Of a stretch of DNA of 64,000 bases, positions 59,768 to 64,000 are shown in pieces; the first letter of the stretch is position 1, and each line of letters begins with the position of its first letter. The notes under the pieces were generated by a model, which did not search any database, was not told the origin of the DNA, and saw only the letters and a list, made by a program, of their open reading frames with translations. Source of the stretch: Chloroflexota bacterium (lineage in GTDB: Bacteria > Chloroflexota > UBA11872 > VXOZ01); the NCBI GenBank assembly GCA_965208315.1, contig OZ242329.1:3136500-3200499 (forward strand). Direction: 5' to 3'. A program made the position numbers and the translations under genes.

Positions 59768-60079
59768 TGGTTAGTGTTCTTTCGGCTAGGATTCACCCAT
59801 TCTGCGGCCCTATGGCGGAGCGTAAGCCGTGCGCGGCGCATTAGATTCCGCGTCTTTGACGAAGTCAGCGAACCTTGGTTCGCGTAATCTAAAAATCCCC
59901 CGATTCTAGATTCTTCGTCGCTCCGCTCCTCAGAATGACATAGCGAGGAGCTGCCTTAAGCGTTGGTTCGCACGTTGTCAGCTTATATCTCTATGGTTCT
60001 AAGTCCGAACCTACCAATTCCCTACCTGACATCTACAGGAATGACGTGCAATGTCACAAGATCATATGAGGTGTAACCG

Positions 60080-61675
60080 CTAACCCCGTTCGGCGAAGAC
60101 CGGCGCGAGCATGTTGTCCACCGGGGCGTAGCTATCGGTGAGGATCACGGCCGGACGGCTATCCACGTACTCCCGTAGGCGCGCGGGGTCCAACATGGTG
60201 CTCACGGGCCCATCCGGCAGCAGTGCGCCGACAGTGCTATGTAACATCGCTTCTGTAAGCGGCTGCTTACCGGCAACCAGCACGAACGTATTGCGCCCGT
60301 CCTGCTCCCAGCCGGGACCGTCTGCCAGCAGATAGACGTGCGGGAACACCTGCTCCAGGGTCAGGATCATCGACGGCAAGAAGCGCCCGTGTTCGAATGT
60401 GTCCACCACGTTCAGCATGTAGAATCCGTCGGGCGTGAGGAGGTCGTGCACGATCTCAGCGAATTCTCTGGTCGTCAAGTGCCAAGGCACCGAAAGGTCG
60501 TTGAACGCATCGCCGATGATGGCGTCGTATTGTCCGGCCTCAAGACGCTTCACCACCAGGCGCGCGTCCTCGTTGTACGTTTTGACGCGCGTGCCGCGGG
60601 GCAGACCCATCTTTTCATGTGCCACCTCAGTAACGGCCGGATCGATCTCCGCCACCTCGATGACGGCGTCAGGGTAGACCACTTCCAGGTAGCGCGGGAA
60701 CGTGTAACCGCCGCCGCCAATGGAGAAGGTGCGGATGCCGGTGCGGTCGCCGGCGATGTACTTCACGAGTTCGGCGTATATCTTTACATAATCGTAGTCC
60801 AGGCGCGTGGGGTCTTCCAGGATGCTATAGCTGTGAATGAGGTGGTCGAGCACGAGGCGGCGCTGCGTGACGTTCTCTTCCAGCTTCTTTTCGGTTACGC
60901 GGATACAAAAGTAATTCGTCTCCACCTGGCACGGCGCGGCGAACGCGCCGCGCGGCTGCAGGGTTAGGGCGTCTTGGGCGAGATGCCGGACATAGTTCCA
61001 ACCGAGGGGCAGACTATAGGCGTTGCGCCCGTAGCTGAAGATGCCCAGCAGAACGAGCAGCAGGGCCCCACCGCCGAGCAGCAAGCGGCGGTTCCAGAGA
61101 TTGCCAAAGATTACGGCCACGAGCAGGAGGATTATGGCGACGAGCAAGATAACCGTCCGCGTGCCGAAGAACGACACCAGGAAGAAGCCGGTGGCAAACG
61201 TGCCGGCAATCGCGCCCACCGTGGAGAGCGCGTAGATGCGGCCTACCACGCCGCCCGTGCGGGTCAGGTCATCCAAGATTAGCCGCACGACCACCGGCGT
61301 GATTGTGCCCATGAAGACGCTGGGCAGGAAGAAAACGGTGGCGGTAAAGAAGAGGATCTTCAGCATGAGATGCACGGGCAAGTCCTGCGCGATGCCGGAG
61401 ATGATCGCCGTCAGCGGCAGGATGGTCAGCGTAAGGATGCTGGAGAGCAGAAAGAGCACGCCCAGCGTAGTGACCGTCGGAAACCGGTCGCCGATGCGTC
61501 CGCCAACGTAATTCCCCAAGCTGATGCCAGCCAGCATGACACCGATGACGCTTGTCCAGGTGTACAGCGAGACGCCGAGATACGGCGCGATCATCCGCCC
61601 CGCCGTAAGCTCGACGACCAGAGTACAGAAGCTCGCTATGAAGACTATCGTGCCCGCCCGCCAGATGCTGCGCAT
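60080..61675 (-). CDS. fused membrane-domain / spermidine-synthase-like (polyamine aminopropyltransferase family) protein
   Basis: N-terminal multi-TM domain. C-terminal SpeE-like fold (GGGGYTFPRYL, DAIIGDAFND). Confidence 0.7.
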   Translation of the reverse strand: MRSIWRAGTIVFIASFCTLVVELTAGRMIAPYLGVSLYTWTSVIGVMLAGISLGNYVGGRIGDRFPTVTTLGVLFLLSSILTLTILPLTAIISGIAQDLPVHLMLKILFFTATVFFLPSVFMGTITPVVVRLILDDLTRTGGVVGRIYALSTVGAIAGTFATGFFLVSFFGTRTVILLVAIILLLVAVIFGNLWNRRLLLGGGALLLVLLGIFSYGRNAYSLPLGWNYVRHLAQDALTLQPRGAFAAPCQVETNYFCIRVTEKKLEENVTQRRLVLDHLIHSYSILEDPTRLDYDYVKIYAELVKYIAGDRTGIRTFSIGGGGYTFPRYLEVVYPDAVIEVAEIDPAVTEVAHEKMGLPRGTRVKTYNEDARLVVKRLEAGQYDAIIGDAFNDLSVPWHLTTREFAEIVHDLLTPDGFYMLNVVDTFEHGRFLPSMILTLEQVFPHVYLLADGPGWEQDGRNTFVLVAGKQPLTEAMLHSTVGALLPDGPVSTMLDPARLREYVDSRPAVILTDSYAPVDNMLAPVFAERG

Positions 61676-61881
61676 GGAATTTCCCTTTCGTTGCCGTGCT
61701 GTGCAGTTGAACGTGGCTGCGTATTGGGTATGGCTTTATCTGCGTGTTATGACCAGTGCTTTTCTCCAGATCGCATTGTTCCTATTGTAGCCATGACTTT
61801 GTCTTGCTCGCATCCCCCTGAGCGCTCCGCTACACTATGGTGAAAGGTGTCTGAGCAAGAAACTGGAAGAGTTCCGCCACG

Positions 61882-63216
61882 ATGGGCATCACGACGCGAC
61901 AACGTGAAGACATGATGACGGTGCTGGCGGCGGCGCTGAAAGCGGTGGACCCGGCGCAGGCGGTGCGGAATTGCGTCCGGAGAGAAGGATCGCGCTTGGT
62001 CGTCGGAGACGATGCGTACGATCTCGCTGCCTTCAAGCGCATACTCGTCGTGGGGGCGGGGAAAGCCAGCGGGCCGATGGCGCAGGCGCTGGAGGAGATT
62101 CTCGGCGAGCGGTTGGAGGGGGGCGTCGTCAACGTCAAGGAAGGCTACGCCGTTCCGACGCAACGGATCGAATTGATCGAGGCGGCCCATCCCGTGCCGG
62201 ATGAGAATGGCTTGCGCGGCACCGAGCGCATCCTGCAATTGGCGGCAGACGCCGGCGAGGACGATCTGGTGTTTTGCCTGATTTCCGGCGGCGGTTCGGC
62301 CCTCATGGAGTTGCCTGCCGGGGGAATCACCCTCGACGACCTCCAACAATTAACCGACCAACTCCTGCGCAGCGGCGCTACCATCAACGAAGTAAATACG
62401 ATCCGCAAGCACATCTCTCAGGTCAAAGGCGGCGGGTTGGCGCGGGCGGCTGCGCCCGCGACGCTGATTGCGCTCATTCTCTCCGACGTGGTGGGGAATC
62501 CGCTGGATTTTATCGCTTCGGGGCCGACCGTGCCCGACACGACCACGTTTCAAGATGCGTGGAATCTCTTGGGTAAATTCGGCTTGCAGGACGCGATACC
62601 GCAGCGCGTGCGCGCGCAACTTGAGCGCGGCCTCGATGAATCCATACCGGAGACGCCCAAAGAAGGCGACCCGATCTTTGCCCGCGCGGCGAGTGTGCTC
62701 GTTGGCAGCAACGAAATCGCGGCCCGCGCGGCATTGGACGCAGCACGGGAATTGGAGTATAATGCAATCCTGGTCACTACCTGGGTGGAAGGTGAGGCAC
62801 GTGAGGTTGCCAAGGTGATGGCTGGAGTCGCCAAGGGTCTCATCCGCCACCACTCTCCAATCCCACCGCCGGCGTGCGTTATCTTCGGCGGTGAAACGAC
62901 CGTTACCGTGCGCGGTGAGGGCAAAGGCGGGCGCAGCCAAGAAATGGCGCTTGCGGCGTCACTTGCGCTCGACGGTTGGGAGAGTGTTGCGGTGATGGCG
63001 GTGGGAACAGACGGAACCGACGGCCCGACCGACGCGGCCGGCGGCATTGCGGACGGCGCGGTGATGGCGCGGGCACGGGCGCGCAATCTGGATCCTTTCG
63101 CCTATCTGGACCGCAACGACTCCTACCATTTCTTAGAGCAGACTGGCGCGCTTCTCGTCACCGGGCCGACTAACACCAACGTGAATGACCTGATTTTCGT
63201 CTACGCCTTTGGCTAG
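61882..63216 (+). CDS. glycerate 2-kinase (MOFRL family; DUF4147 + MOFRL)
   Basis: ILVVGAGKASGPMA; CLISGGGSALME; FGGETTVTVRGEGKGGRSQE; TDGTDGPTDAAGG. Confidence 0.8.
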   Translation: MGITTRQREDMMTVLAAALKAVDPAQAVRNCVRREGSRLVVGDDAYDLAAFKRILVVGAGKASGPMAQALEEILGERLEGGVVNVKEGYAVPTQRIELIEAAHPVPDENGLRGTERILQLAADAGEDDLVFCLISGGGSALMELPAGGITLDDLQQLTDQLLRSGATINEVNTIRKHISQVKGGGLARAAAPATLIALILSDVVGNPLDFIASGPTVPDTTTFQDAWNLLGKFGLQDAIPQRVRAQLERGLDESIPETPKEGDPIFARAASVLVGSNEIAARAALDAARELEYNAILVTTWVEGEAREVAKVMAGVAKGLIRHHSPIPPPACVIFGGETTVTVRGEGKGGRSQEMALAASLALDGWESVAVMAVGTDGTDGPTDAAGGIADGAVMARARARNLDPFAYLDRNDSYHFLEQTGALLVTGPTNTNVNDLIFVYAFG

Positions 63217-63280
63217 GGTAATCCGCTCGCTTCCTCATTCAGTCGTCTCCTCCGTTCAGCTTCGTTTCCTCGTTTAATCA

Positions 63281-63799
63281 GTGGCAGGTATGCTCCCCAT
63301 GGAACTTAGAGATGAGTCACTTCCTCCTCTTGATTCGTCATTCCTTCCTCGCGCCCCCGTGCGGCGCTGGCACTCGGTAAGCCGGCGCAGCGATCTGCGA
63401 CCGTTGTCCCGGGGCCGCGGCAACAGACTGCTGATGGTCTTCAGTTTCGGGGTGGTGTTTCTGCTGTTGGGCGGCGGTGTGTTGTGGGTCGCCAGCCGGA
63501 GTCTCGCATCTAACGGCAGTGTGACGGCCGTTCAGAACAGTGAAGCGGCGCGCACAACACCCGTCGTTCCCACCCCAGCCGCGCCCAGTCCGGCTACGGC
63601 AGCAGCGCCAACGACACCGGAATTCCACGTAGTGCAACCGGGTGAATCGCTCTACGCCATTGTGAGGAAGTATAATACGACTGTAGATGCGACTGAACTC
63701 AATAATCTCGTAGACGCACTAGTTGAACTCAATGATATAGAGAATCGTGACGCGATCCAGGTTGGGCAACGACTGCGTCTCGTACCTGAAGAGCAATAA
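63281..63799 (+). CDS. LysM-domain protein with N-terminal TM anchor
   Basis: C-terminal LysM HVVQPGESLYAIVRKYNTTV...IQVGQRLRLV. Confidence 0.6.
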   Translation: MAGMLPMELRDESLPPLDSSFLPRAPVRRWHSVSRRSDLRPLSRGRGNRLLMVFSFGVVFLLLGGGVLWVASRSLASNGSVTAVQNSEAARTTPVVPTPAAPSPATAAAPTTPEFHVVQPGESLYAIVRKYNTTVDATELNNLVDALVELNDIENRDAIQVGQRLRLVPEEQ

Positions 63800-64000
63800 G
63801 GCGCGGGTGAAGAGTTTTGGCGGCGCGTGGGGCACGTGCCACGGCGCGCTCGCGTTTTTCCTGGCCCTTGTACTATGGCTGCAATTGGCCGGCGCCGTGG
63901 GCGCGGCATCGGGCACGCCGTGGCATGCGGAGGCCGATTTGCTGTCGGGAGACGTGCTCTCTGCCTGGCAGCTTTGGGAAAATGCGCTTGAACCTGAAGC

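Overview
This is a high-GC chromosomal segment of about 64 kb, around 65% G+C by eye, so probably from a Chloroflexota-like or another high-GC bacterium. Most of it encodes ordinary housekeeping and carbohydrate-metabolism genes. Those I can recognise from motifs are: argJ, argC, panB, panC, ilvE, nagA, a ROK kinase, uppP, an inositol monophosphatase, a DhnA-type class I aldolase, a transaldolase-family protein, a PduO-type adenosyltransferase, two tandem RhmD-like enolase-superfamily dehydratases, several ABC exporters (one fused, 1232 aa), a TerC protein, a FixG/FixH-like pair, and four orphan family-1 solute-binding lipoproteins, three of them in tandem. Four things depart from that background. 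(1) A roughly 2 kb low-GC island, about 39.5-41.6 kb and perhaps 45-50% GC, carries a tightly coupled two-gene operon: an ABC/AAA_21-type ATPase followed by a small protein with a PD-(D/E)xK-like motif. I read this as a horizontally acquired, possibly new two-gene anti-phage or abortive-infection module, and it is the best candidate for an undescribed system in the window. (2) Intergenic regions are filled with at least eight families of short hairpin (REP/BIME-like) mosaic repeats. One copy is a candidate MITE, about 250 bp with 18-bp terminal inverted repeats. Two repeat units sit in frame inside the fixG-like CDS. A RAYT/IS200-like tyrosine transposase is also present. (3) The DUF2520 gene upstream of panBC has a frameshift. 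(4) Two ABC exporters have non-canonical signature motifs and are preceded by a small ORF. I found no rRNA, tRNA or CRISPR array.
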